A stretch of 64,000 nt of DNA from contig JALDZX010000056.1 of the NCBI GenBank assembly GCA_022813865.1, positions 1-64,000 of the forward strand. Direction: 5' to 3'. The DNA comes from Xylographa opegraphella (taxonomy: Eukaryota). The translations under genes and the position numbers were made by a program. The notes beneath the pieces were generated by a model that was not told the origin of the DNA, did not search any database, and saw nothing but the letters and a program-made list of their open reading frames with translations. How positions within the stretch are numbered: the stretch's first letter is position 1; the number at the start of each line of letters is the position of its first letter. Positions 37,951-50,431 of this stretch are shown in pieces.

Positions 37951-38773
37951 ATGACTGCTGGCAATACCGAAGCGGTTACCCAGCCAGGTAACAATGGCTA
38001 CATCGAAGGCGACGATGCGTATACGAGATGGCGCAACTGGGTCTCCGTTTTGACCGGCAAGATGAATGAGCAAGGTTTAAGGCAATATGTTGAAGCAAGA
38101 GATACACGAATGGAGGAGGCTGATTGCAAGAAATGCGAGAAGCAAAGGGACTATTTATTACAATATAGCAAGTCTACCAGGAACCCACATTCATAGAGAA
38201 CTGCGCTAACGTATCCTTTGGGCAGGCCCTGTCATAAGATTCATGCGCGACAACATCAATCAGCTTGGAGGCGATATACACAGTGGAAACACTCGATGTC
38301 GAAGGTGTACAACGCTCCAGTCAGGAGGATTCGATCCCGAATATGGCATCCGGATCTGCGCCAACCAAATACGGAATCAAGGACATCTTGAGGACACGAT
38401 GGCGCATGGTATCCTGAATGCTATCTTAAACGGAGTCGTTGTCACACTGGCTGATCTTTCTGTGCTAGAAATGGTACATGCATACGATCACCTTCGTTTC
38501 AAAGTCGAATGGAGGAACAATCTCAGACACGCTGCATGCACTGAGATTCGAGCTTCATCGCTCAGCGGGGAGTGTAGATTCATGCGTGAATTTATCACAA
38601 GAAGTCAATGGAAGATCACACAACAACATCAGGAATGCGTGCGACGGAGGGCTACCTTGTCCGTTATGGCAAGACCACAGTGCAAAGATAGCGTTCATGC
38701 GGCAAAAGTTGTAAACGAGGTTTGGGGTAGCTGCTTTATGGATACCAGACCGTTTGACGAAATATATCGGTAA
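37951..38773 (+). CDS. ATP23: Mitochondrial inner-membrane metalloprotease (3 exons)
   Basis: [53 protein letters not shown] (HEXXH), [31 protein letters not shown]. Confidence 0.95.
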
Positions 38774-38984
38774 CAATGGTCATTCCCCAAGAAGTCTCGC
38801 TACTCATTGCAATTGGTTTTGATCTCGATGGCCCTGTGAGCGTCACAGCATTATTAGCATAGTGGAGACGTTTCTCATCCCCCACTATCAATCATTTAAC
38901 TCCAAGTGAAATGCATCTGGCCCCAGCGCCTCAGTATCCGAAATACAAAGGCCCCCGTTCGCCGACAATAATAAAAAGCACCAT

Positions 38985-40370
38985 CTACTGAATGGCAGTA
39001 GGTTTGAGAGACTGCATAGTCTTGTTTTCCTTTCCCTCTGAGCCTCGCTTTGCTTTTCGCTCCCCCTGTACGCAATGCTTTGTTATCCAAGGATGCTGCT
39101 GGACTTCCTCCAACGGCAACCTTTTCTCTGGATCAAGTACCAACAGCTTGGTTGTAGTTAGCAACTGATTAGATCCGGGCTTGACGGAGTTCCATACCTT
39201 TTTTATGAGGTCTTTAGCTTCCGGACTCACGAATGCTGGAACAGTCATATCGCATCTTGCAATCTTCCGCTGAGTTTGGATGGGTTCGTCTTCAAACGGA
39301 GCCTCTCCCACAAGAAACTCGTATGTCAAGACGCCCAAGCTCCATAAATCCACTGCCTGGGTGTAGAAGTTATCTTGAGTTCCAGGCTTGATCATCTCTG
39401 GTGGGAGATAGTCTAGTGTCCCACACATAGTATTTCTGCGATTGTTTGGTGCGTGCACACTCCAGCCGAAGTCTGAGATCTTTATCTCTCCATGGATACC
39501 AACCAGGATGTTCTCCGGCTTGATATCACGGTGCATGACGTGCTTCTTATGTAGGTATTTGAGGGCTGCGGCCATTTGCGCGATATATTGGGCTGCTTTC
39601 CACTCTGGAAATCTGTTCTCTTTTCGCAGATGTTTATAAAGCTCTCCCTTTCCAGCAAATTCGAGTATCAAGAACACTCGCTTGCTATCGTGAAAGTGTC
39701 CATATAGACGGAGGATATTAGGATGACGGAGATTGCTCTGAATTTCGATCTCGCGTCGCACCTGTTTCTCGACTTTTCCTTGTTGCAGTTCGCTTTTGTG
39801 CAGCACTTTCAGGGCGCAGACGAAACCCGAAGTTCGCTCCTTTGCAAGGTACACCCGACCGAATTTCCCCTTTCCGAGGGGTTTTCCAATCTCGAACATG
39901 CCGAGATGAAACTTCTTTGGCTGTGGCTGTTCGTATAGAAGAGGATTTGATAAGCGTTGCAATGCAAGCTCATCTGGATTTCTTGACGTTGATGAACTTC
40001 CTGCAGCATATCGGGTTGGAGACGTAGCTGCTTGTAGCATGTTTGAGCCTCGCCATTGTGCCGACTGCAAAGGGACTCCAATAGAAGTCAATGATGCGCC
40101 GTTAGCTTTCACATCAGTATTGTTTTGTAGAGCAAGTTTGAGGAGATTTGAGCGATTCGAATTCGAGGTCAACTGATTAGTGGAGCCTAGGCCTGATATC
40201 GACATTGCTGTCGACAGCGAACCCTACCGGCTCTTAATACTGTACTCAAGTATGGAAGTTCCAATGATATATACCTTTGACTTGTGATACGTTGGGCAAC
40301 CACTCACTGGCTCGTTTTCATCATTTATCTTCATGCCCTCCAAACGTGATTCCAATAGTCTTATTGCCAT
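38985..40370 (-). CDS. IPL1: Aurora serine/threonine kinase (3 exons)
   Basis: [50 protein letters not shown], Aurora signature DFGWSVHAP...[15 protein letters not shown]. First exon [20 protein letters not shown] contains a DEN box. Confidence 0.95.
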
Positions 40371-40729
40371 TGTGGCGGAACAGAATTCCCGCTAGGGCGA
40401 TGACCCCAAATGACTTCCAAGGCTTAAAATGACGAGACTTATGTATATGGATTGGATTTGGCGTAAAGTCTCATACAGGATATAGACATATCTTCAGTTT
40501 AATTTAGCGAAATATGTTGTCATCCCCGTTGCCATAAGCAACAGATCCTCATTTTAGCGATAGGCTAGATAGGTACCTTATTCGGAGGAACCACCCTCCC
40601 CCGCCTAAGCATAAATAAGCGAAGAGTTTGGTTCTTCCGGTAAAACCGGCCAGAGTATGGCAGTCGATTGATCAATTTCAATCATGCGTCCACTCGACGG
40701 TTGGAAAGCCTGAAAGAAATTACTAAGGG

Positions 40730-41658
40730 ATGGCTATGAATGGCCATGGCATTCCTGATGCCCATTACCCGTCGAATGTTGATATGGGCAGCACTATTAC
40801 ACAACGGGGATTCAAGATCACAACGCGCAAGCTGCCAATCCTGAAGGCTGCACCTATCGAGCAGATGACATTGAAACTAGGTATCGCACCTCCAGAGATG
40901 ATATTCGGCGACAATTCGGTTTCAATTGAACACATAGCTAGCGGATGGTCAATTAATTTCAACACCTTTGAGGCTCTAAACAAGGTAGACAAGACCGGTG
41001 CTTCAATGTTACAAGTAGCACATTCAAAAGAGTGGCAAAGCACTCGGTACAGTCTAATCCTTAACGGCACATTGTATGTGATGTGCTGACACGGCGTCAG
41101 GCAAGAGAAGCACCAGGGGATTACAGAGGTTGTGAAACCTTTCGACTGGTCATACACTACTGATTACATGGGCTCTCTCTCGCCCAGAAATCGCTTATTT
41201 ACTCCCACATCAACGGCAATACCTTTAGAACTATTAAAAAGGCCAGATCCCATTATCTTCTTTGATGAGGTCGTGCTGTACGAGGATGAGATGGCTGACA
41301 ACGGAATCACGATGCTCTCGTGCAAGGTCCGGGTCATGCCCGCGCGATTATTGCTTCTTTGCAGATTTTTCATGCGTCTTGATAATGTGCTCTTCCGACT
41401 TCGAGATACACGACTTTATATCGACTTTTCAACATGCCAGATCATCCGCGAATACGTAGCTAAGGAGGACAATTATGAAGCTATCAGACTGGTATGTATG
41501 ATAGATATGCATATGAAGCCACGAGCGAAGACTGAGGATGCCCATAGAAACTTACGGAAAGCCGAGAAGATGCGCTAGCTCAAATGAGGGATCCAAATCG
41601 TATCTCGGAGCTATTGCCAGTTGTGAGCAAATCACTCGAGAGCTTGTCCTTGAGTTGA
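40730..41658 (+). CDS. TIP41: PP2A/TOR pathway regulator TIP41 (3 exons)
   Basis: KLPILKA, PPEMIFGDN, EVVKPFDWSYTTDY, LKRPDPIIFFDEVVLYEDEMADNGI, KVRVMP, RFFMRLDNVLFRLRDTR. Confidence 0.93.
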
Positions 41659-41882
41659 TAGCGATTTTTTTAAGGGGCTCGACACAGCCTCCGGTACGGA
41701 GTATGTAGTAAGCAAGATTAGTTGGTGGTTGCTCTGCCATGAACGCCTCCAAGGCCGTGTTGCTCGCTCAAGATACAAACGATGCAAACAAAGTAAAGAT
41801 GGTGACGTCCGATATGTTCCTCAATGCTACAAAAGTATTGCGTATATCATTCAAACCCATTGACACCACCATTGACACTCCG

Positions 41883-42976
41883 ATGGCTACGGCAGCCTAT
41901 TGTACTGCTTGTCTCCGTACAATGCGACCGCATCTCTCGCGCAACTTACACGTAATAGTCCAGTCCAAGCTCAACATCGATTTTCTTATGAACTAACGAC
42001 TTACGAAATCGATAGAGACGCACTCAATACATAATTCTGAGACCTTTCTCTCAAATATCTCAGAAACTGGCAATTACACAGACTGCTGAAACCCTTCCGA
42101 TTTCTAAGAACGTCCAACCAGCCCTCCCAAGTGGCCTTGCCGATGCCCCAGCATCTGCCGCCCAAGGACTCCGCCCTCAAACTGCTGAACAGAGCCCATC
42201 CCGCAAGCTCGCACAAGAGTTTCGCAAAAGAGCTCCGGAAACAACGGAGACCTATGTTGCATATGGGGTATCCGAAGCTCTTGTGAAGGAGTGCGCCAAA
42301 CAGGCCGATTACTCCATACCACAGGCCAAAGAGAAGGGTGTGGAGATTCCGAAGTCGCAAAATGGAGAGGATCTGGGAGTCGGGATAGGATGGTGGTATG
42401 AAGGTATTGATACTGATACCATGTAATCTTTATCAGCTTTGACGGTCGATAGAACTGGGACTGATACCTACCTTCAACACCTGGGCTCAGATAACGTTCC
42501 TACATATGTATTTGCTAACCGTTCGTATTCGCTGTTTTCCTGCGGCTCACGCTCCGACATGGAACCAGCACATGATCAACCACTTCTCCTACCTTGCCGA
42601 GGAGCGTATGGTAACAGTCCACAATATTCAAGCCCGCATGGTCCGAAACAAATACTTGAAAGACCTCTTTGTACAATGGCGGGGTTTGACAGCAGGATAT
42701 GACGAGGGCCTTATGAAGGGCGATGCGGTGCTTGCTGCGGCTGTATGGCGGAATGTTTGTAAGGCGGACGAAAACGTAGATTTACATCGCCTAGGCATGG
42801 TGGTGGCTTACATACGAAGTGTTCTCAGTGCTTTGGACACCATGGACGATTCTGCAGTGGCTACAGGTGATGTGGTGTTTGGGAGTCCCGATAGCGAGGC
42901 AGCACTGGTCAAAAAACAAAGCAAAATGATGAACTTCGAATTTGCATCAGAGGACCAAGCATCAGTAGTGCTATAG
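41883..42976 (+). CDS. CBP3: Cytochrome b chaperone / complex III assembly factor (3 exons)
   Basis: Mitochondrial presequence-like start, TETYVAYG, GVGIGWWYE|LGLIPTFNTWAQITFLHMYLLTVRIR, YLKDLFVQWRG..AGYDEGLMKGDAVLAAAVWRN. Confidence 0.9.
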
Positions 42977-43371
42977 TGCTATAGTGCTTTACGTAACTCA
43001 ATATGCAGCTTTCAACGAGTCCAGTATTTGTGCACATCTCGTTCTACAATTATAGTCGGTATCGTAAATTCGGAACGAACATTGCATATTAGTATGTTCT
43101 TGACCTTTTAACGACTAGGTCAACCAAAGTAGTGATTGTTGAATGTACATCGTTCTTTTCCTGCAAAAGTCCTCCGTAGAGTGCTTGAGTTGGTTTACAA
43201 GACTAAATCGATGGGAAGTTGGATTTGGTCAATGCCAATCGTGCACTTCATCATCAAAACATACCCAACCATATTGCAATCATTGGTGTATGGGTGGTGA
43301 TACAAAGGGAATTTGGACAAAGTATTCTATGTTTCGCATGGAGAGCTCCTGTACAAGGTTACAAGCCAATA

Positions 43372-45178
43372 ATGAGCAATAAAGGCAGAAAGAGAGGCTC
43401 TGTGCTGGAAGGCCGTCCCCTCTCTCCTCCGCCAGTAAAACGCAAGATAGCGTCCACAACAACAAGTAGACATAATCACCGCAAACGTCGATTTATTTGC
43501 CCTGGCTAACTACTTGGTCTAGAGAAGGCAGTTGCAACGTTTTTTACGCCGACCTCAAAGAAAGATCCAGATCGGATCACATGGCGAATCATCAGCGGCA
43601 CTCTAATCCATGGAAAGCACAAGCCCAAGTCCGACAATATACTTGAGTGTCGAGGCCACTCCAACAAAAAGCGTAAAGTTGCTGCATTCGACTTTGTAAG
43701 TCGGCATGTGAGTCATGCAAGAATGATAGCATTGACTGTATACCGTACTGGACAGGACTCTACTCTCATTCGTACTTCATCGGGAAATGTGTTCGGCAGG
43801 AATGCTGCAGACTGGCAATGGTGGGATCCCTGTGTCCCTGGCAAACTGAGAAAGCTTTACGAAGATGGGTAAGATTATGACTTTCACATACGATCGAATG
43901 ATTTGTTCATCATACCGTCAGATATCTTGTGGTCATTCTCAGTAACCAAGGCGGTATAAGCCTTAGAAGTGATTCGAAGACGGCGAAAGCAGATCAAAAA
44001 AGTCTTACACAATTCAAGCTTAAGCTGAGCCACGTCTTCGAACATTTCGACTTCCCGATTTCCATCTACGCTGCCACTGCTCGAGACCAATATCGAAAGC
44101 CGCGTATTGGTATGTGGAAGGAATTATTAGAAGACCATGATCTAGACGAAGGAGACGGGCCGGACTTGAGAAGCTCGATCTTTGTCGGGGACGCTGCTGG
44201 TCGAGGAGGAAAAGGCGGAGTGAAAGAAGACCACTCAAGCTCTGACAGGCAATTGAGGAATAATAGCGATATCGACGAAATTCGCTAACGACTTCCAGAG
44301 GCTTTGCATCCAACATTGGCATCAGTTTCATGACGCCTGAAGAGTACTTTCTTGGTGAAGAACCTCAGCCCTTCCAACACACCTTCGATCCGAAAATCTA
44401 CCTTGATAACGATCCAAATTCCCTACAGCTCGGCGAGAAAACATCACCAGCTCAATCTTTGATTCAGGGCACCTCCGTTGAGTTCGAGAAAATCAATAAA
44501 CTTGATATTGTCATATTCTGCGGCAGTCCGGGCGCAGGAAAATCGACTTTTTATTGGAACAAACTGCAGCCGCTTGGGTATGAGCGAGTTAATCAGGATT
44601 CGCTGAAGACGGTGAGCTTGATCTGCATTCCTAAATATCTATCAAAAGTTGTGACATCAAGATGTAACCGTGCTAATGCTAATCATGGGGTATGCTTAGC
44701 GCGATAGGTGTCTGAAAGTTGCTTTCGATCACCTATCTTTCGGACGATCTGTCGCCGTTGGTAAGTTCTTATCAAGTTTGATAGTGCATTGCCTAACACT
44801 GTGATAGACAATACTAACGCAGATCCCGCTACACGTGCTTCGTGGGTCGAGCTTGCTCAAAAGGTTGGAGTCCCAGTCCGTTGCATTCTCTTCACTGCAA
44901 CAACTAAACTATGCGAACACAACGATACTGTAAGAGCGTTAAACATCGGTGCGCTCAATCCGGAAAGACGAACTATACTGCCGCACTCAGCATTCTCGAG
45001 CTATGCAGCACGATTTGTTTTACCAGGATTGGAAGAAGGATTCCAGGATATTGTTACTGTACCATTTCGCGTAAGGACGATGGACCTCACCAGACCCAAT
45101 GGCACAAGAACTGACATTCTTGGCTAGTTAGCGGATGATAATGACCTCCGTGAAATATGGATGCTCTACTGGATTTGA
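43372..45178 (+). CDS. PNK1: Bifunctional polynucleotide kinase/3'-phosphatase (about 8 exons)
   Basis: HAD motif KVAAFDF|DSTLI, VILSNQGGI, YRKPRIGMW, FVGDAAGR, SD|RGFASNIGISFMTPEEYF, kinase P-loop GSPGAGKSTF, RVNQD, V|DNTNAD. Confidence 0.93.
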
Positions 45179-47012
45179 TGGAGTCAGAACGAGGATTGAT
45201 AGTCTTGCAATACAACATAGGTCTGTGCGTTAGCCAGCAAAGGAAAGGGTGAGCAACGGCTGCTCTTACCTAGATTCCCCAGATCTTCGAGTACTCAGGC
45301 ATGGCGTCTCTAAAGCAGCTCTTGTACAATATAATTCCTTGGGTATGATCGGCAAGCAATTAAAAAGACTGCAGAGCTCCTAGCCGCCTCTAGCTACCAT
45401 GTGTTAATAGGCAAGTGGTCACCAAACCACACTTGAGCCAGGAGACGCTGTGCGACAAAGGCTCTTGAACGATTCTCCATGATTCCCCATTGACGATAAA
45501 GCGTACTCTGTCTGGGGTAGCGTTACGCATATTCGGTGGCATGCCGTCAAACTCTTGATTGGATCTTCCGGCGATGTCAAAGATAAACCTATTCACCCCC
45601 ACACGAGTTTTTGTGCTACCTGCGGTTTGGATCATGGTTATTTCAGTGCTCCTACAGCGTTGGACGATAGCCACTTCATGCACCACACGACTACAGGCGC
45701 CGTGGTTGATCGAGCTCTAGCCTTATAGCAACATCACGCCTCAATAGATTTGCATACCCTTCGCTGATCTGATGATATGGGCCATCGTCAATAGAGGCAC
45801 AACAACCAACGAAGCAGTAGTATTTCAAGCTCTACTAGTAGTAAGAGTAGATCCATAGCTCGAAATTTTCTTTACAATAATTCTGAAATCCTCGTCTACT
45901 CGAGAGCTCGCTGCTCATGCTGCTAATAAACTGCCAGCGGCATCGGCCAAATGAGTTGGAATCAATTGATCAGTTCTTTACAAAGTCATCTTTGGTAGCT
46001 TCACGAACATTGCTTATGTATCCGGACTGCAATGGATCCGGCCTTTCAAGACTTGGACATCGCCGTGCTGGCCGCTCGTTCGATTTCTTGGACAGCATCA
46101 TCTCAAAGCACCTCGTTGTCGGAGGCAAGCAACGGCCATCCGAAAAACCGTAGCCCATTCTTATGGCTGCAATATGAGGAGACATGAAATCAATCAACCT
46201 TGCTGACGGTGTACTTCAGCGAGAGTGTAAATATTGTGAATGCGAGATATTTCAGTCTGCGGTGCTTGGGACGCGAAGTATTTGCTTCGTATGTTGTGCC
46301 GTAGCAATCGTCACTCGTCCAAAGGCGTAAAGTGGCGCCCCTTGGTACACTCTCTGCTCCCGCTCGCAAGTCGTGACATGACTATGGAACCGCCACTGCC
46401 TGCCACGCCACAGAGAAACGGGAAGCCATACTCCGTACCTTCGCCGCCACTGACGAGTTCCCATGGTTGCGAGTCGCCACGTTCCAACTTCCAAACCACC
46501 GATAGCACTCTGTCCAGCGTCCACTCATTCGGTAGCCATCGAGCTCCTCTTCACGGTGCACTCCGCAACCGTGAACGACTTTTCTGGTACGAAGGTAGCA
46601 TTCGCTGTCTGAAGGTTCATCTGCCGCCCATCGTGTCGTGATCGATTACCCGGCCCATGGGACCCAAGATCGCACTTTCCAGATGGGCCGCCTGGATGTC
46701 CCGGCTGCGGGATGAGGTGAGATTTCGATGCCGGGGTAATGGAGCCGAGCCGTGCGTTGAGCCCGAAAAGGCCCGTGTGCGGCGACTGGGTCGCCGGAAG
46801 CCTGGGAAGTCTGGCACCAGCCCATGCGAGGAGTGGGGCCTCTTTTGCAGAATTTGGGAGGCCGGGAGCAAACGGTCTGACATCCGGGCATCGCTCAGGA
46901 AATCGGACATCCCTGCCGGGCGCCCTATATTCTAATCGCCATCCAATGGTACTACGTACCTAAGGTACCTGGGTAAGGTACCTTTAGCCAGGCCAATTTT
47001 GTCGCGTCATGG

Positions 47013-47068
47013 CCCCGGTCTCCAGTCTCCGGTCTCCGGTCTCCGGGCTCCGGGCTCCGGGCTCCGGG
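47013..47068 (+). repeat. Heptamer tandem array (CTCCGG[T/G]) x8
   Basis: ccccggt ctccagt ctccggt ctccggt ctccggg ctccggg ctccggg ctccggg. Confidence 0.9.
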
Positions 47069-48753
47069 ATTGTGACGCCTTTTCTGGCTTTCGGGGGATC
47101 GGCCCTCTTCGTGACTTCTGCTTCCCTTCTTTGGCAGAAATGTGCTTCCCAGCGCTGTTGTGCCGATTCCCTCTTCCCAACAAACGATAGGTTTGCGGCG
47201 TGCATGGTCGCTTGCGAGGCACATACCGACCTCATCTCCTGCTTTGACACGTCATCTGACCGGGCTGGGCTGCAACGAGCTGTTATTTGCGTACAAGCAG
47301 CAGCTATGCGACACCAATCAACTTATGACGTGGGGGAGATGAAGAGCAGTAGGAGCAGGCGAGGCGCATGATCAGGTAAAAAGCAGTAGTGGCATTCTGT
47401 TTCGTCTGTTCCGTGCATTGGGCGATTTCTGTTAGCCCATCAAATGGGTTTGCGCCGACGAGAATCGCAACATGCAAATCCACCTTCAGGCACAGGCTTT
47501 CTTTCCCATCGCCATGTTTCCCGGCAAGCCTCGATCCAGGCGGGGGATGGGCCTTCGTTGGGGGCGGCAGAAGGCTGCGTAGCACGAAGCTTGTTCCTGT
47601 TCCTGACACGGCATTGGCCCTTGTCCCTGGTTGCGGCCACCGCCTGCGGTCTTTTGATTCGCCTGGGCCTGGCTGCACCGATCCGCAGGGCAGTGACGTT
47701 GCGACGTCCCGTGGCCTTAGCGGCAGGCACTAGCGCCGAGCGAGGAAATACCGGCAGACGGTACCCCGGCCGACCCGGCTGCGGGCCCCCAATCACACAC
47801 CCCCGTCGGGCTGCGGGACAGAGCAAAGCTTACGCTGCCGGATCTCATTGGCTGCGAGGGTGGAGGGGAAGCGGTGGTAGCGGTAACAAAAACCTGAGGA
47901 ACTACGAAGTACTTTGTAAGGGATCCGAACCTGCTCCGTCCTAGGGAGGGTAAGGGAGGGAGAGAGAGAAGGTGGGAGAGGGCTTGCCCGTGCGGAGGTC
48001 CGGTCCTCCGTCGACGTCGACGGAGTACTGTGTAGAGCCTGAAGGAATGGAGCAACGAAATTAGGCAGTACTACCACAGTATACGTAGGAAGCAGCCCAC
48101 CCAGGGAGTCCCGGCGTCCGCTATTTCGCCCACTAAAACCCCGTTCATGGTGGCCGGCCCCCCGTCAGGGACAATGGTGCTCCCCACCACAGCTCTCTTC
48201 TCCCTCTTCCCTCGCCCTCGCATTTTCACTTCGGTGCTAAAAAGTGCGTTGCTTTTTTCGCTCTGCCTGGGGAAGAAATGCTCTCGTGCGGTCAAAACTC
48301 CACATCGCCCACTTCCCGTCCACCACCACCACCCTCCTCCTCTTGTCTCCCTCTCCCTCTCCCTCTCACCTCGCGGCCTCACTTCACATTCCACCATCAT
48401 CTGACCTGCTTCGTAAGTTCGCCGTTCCTTTTCTTCATTATCCTGGCGTAAATCGCCAGTGCTCGGTTGTGTTTTTTTTTGATGCCCATGTGTTTTTCTT
48501 TCCCTCTTTAGCCTTAGCGGGTTCCGGGGAATCGCAAGCGAGTCAAACTTCTTGCTGCTCTTTTCCTCAACCATAGAGCAGTCTCTGTCCACGCCGTGGA
48601 TACGTGGACGTCCTCACTGACTTGTCCATTACCATGTAGCCACGTCCTAGGATCCAATCGTCATAACATCAACACCGTGTCATCCTCAAAAGGTCATGCG
48701 CTCGCTATAAAGCTATCCATTGACTGCCGCCCGACACATCGGTCAAACAAGCC

Positions 48754-50431
48754 ATGCGCGAACTACGCCCGCTGCGTTTGCCTCTCTTGGTGGAAGCAAG
48801 GAGGCAGAGGGAAAGCGCCAACGTCGATATGGATCCTCTCGACTCAACGACGAACGAGCACGCCATGCAGAAGTCCACATCTTCAGGCTCGTCCGAGCCA
48901 CAGTCCCCAGTATCGCCGACCTTCTCCCTCCGTGGACATTTCCGATTCTCAAGCTCGAACTCATCCCTGGCCTCGTCGCCGAACATGCATGACTCTCTCG
49001 ATGTCTTCGCTCCGCCCAAGCGACCGTTGACGGAGGTGAAAGAGGAACCGCAGGAGAGGGACGAGGACGTAGTCATGAGCAACATCAGAGAGGAAACGGA
49101 CTATCACAGTAAGTCGTACTGCGCACTCGCTCTGCCCGCCCAAGCAGATCGCGATGACGATGTCGCTGACCTTTGGGTCAGGTATCATCTATGAGGAAGT
49201 CCTCGGAATGGGGTCGCAACAGACCGAGGACCAGAGCTTACCATCCCCAATTGACTACGACTGGGTGGATGCTTCATCATGTTACAACGACTTTGATTCC
49301 ATTCACCTCTCCAAGCGTCGTCGCCCCGACGAAAGCGTCTTGGACGGTATGACATCGCGCTTCGGCACACGTTTCCCGTCATTGTCGCGTAAATGGAAGA
49401 GCAGGAGAGACGGCAAGTCGGCATCAACCGTTGATACCTTTCCCGAGGCGCTGGCGACCCGATCGCGGGCCAATTCAACGCGCGCGTCCAGTGTCATTGA
49501 CTCATTGCTTGACGCTACGGAACGACACGATCTTCACGTATTACCGACACCTAGGCGAAGCCTCTCCAATGAGAGCGTCAGCGATCCTCCTGTCAGTCCC
49601 ATTGACATCAAGAAGGCCAATGCGTCTTTCGAGACGGACGATGAAGCATCTGGGGCCATTGCTACGACGCCACTACTACCACCAGTCATGGCTCAATTTC
49701 CACCAGGCCTCAGCGACGGACCTGTGCAGTCCCCGCTGCAATCTCCCAAGATTGTTGACTCACCCAGCGCCCTGGAATTTCCTTTGTTCACGCCCCGTGT
49801 AAGCGGACTTCCGTCTCCACCTCTGTCGACAAAGCCGTCGGTATCTTCTTTTCACCGTCGCCAACTTCTGCCGTCAGGTGACATACCCCCCATGCTCCTC
49901 GTTGATCCTCACGACGAGTGGTCAAACAAACTTGGGCACGCGAACTTCACCATTCACCCTGAACCTTATGTCCCAGAAGACTTTGCCCTCTCCACATGCA
50001 GACAGTTCCGTGCAGACTGGGACGCAGCGCGTTGCAACTACATGAAGCATTTAGCGCGGACAGGAGAACACTACAGCACTACTTCGAAGATCCATCAGCT
50101 TACCGAGGAGAAGTGGGCTCAGGTAAATGCGATCTGGAAGCGCAACCATGACGTTATCTTATCGCACACAACTATCTCAGTTGACGACGGCCCGCAACTT
50201 TCAAAGCAAACTTCTGTCCAACAGGAGATTACTTTACCAACGAAGATCCCTCCTACCAACGGCCCACGGAGCGAAGGTAAATTTCCCAAAGTTGGTGATG
50301 AGGGCATCGTCGGCCCTATGGTGCAAGAGAAGCCGCTGCCGCAACTGCGTCCAAGCAGAAAGAGGGCCTTCTGGAAGTTCCTGCAGGGCGTGCTTCCTGG
50401 AGCGGTCGCGTTCGGACGAGGGCAGGTCTAG
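48754..50431 (+). CDS. Ser/Pro-rich fungal protein of unknown function (2 exons, intron 49109-49181)
   Basis: Exon 1 MRELRPLRLPLLVEARR...LTEVKEEP joins in frame to the long ORF carrying TTPLLPP, QSPLQSP, PSPPLSTKPS, DEWSNKLGHANFTIHPEPY and KFPKVGDEGIVGPM. Confidence 0.85.

Noticed and set aside
42965..42987. Short duplication (TAGTGCTA) around the CBP3 stop, and an 18-bp duplication at about 7631-7666
   Set aside because: Ordinary slippage duplications with no evidence of function or of transposon footprints.
45390..46641. Short ORFs between PNK1 and the GC-rich domain as a hidden gene
   Set aside because: No recognisable motifs and no consistent splice pattern linking them. A decayed gene cannot be excluded without a search.
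46617..48592. Dense overlapping ORFs on both strands
   Set aside because: Low-complexity GC-rich promoter or leader DNA containing simple repeats.
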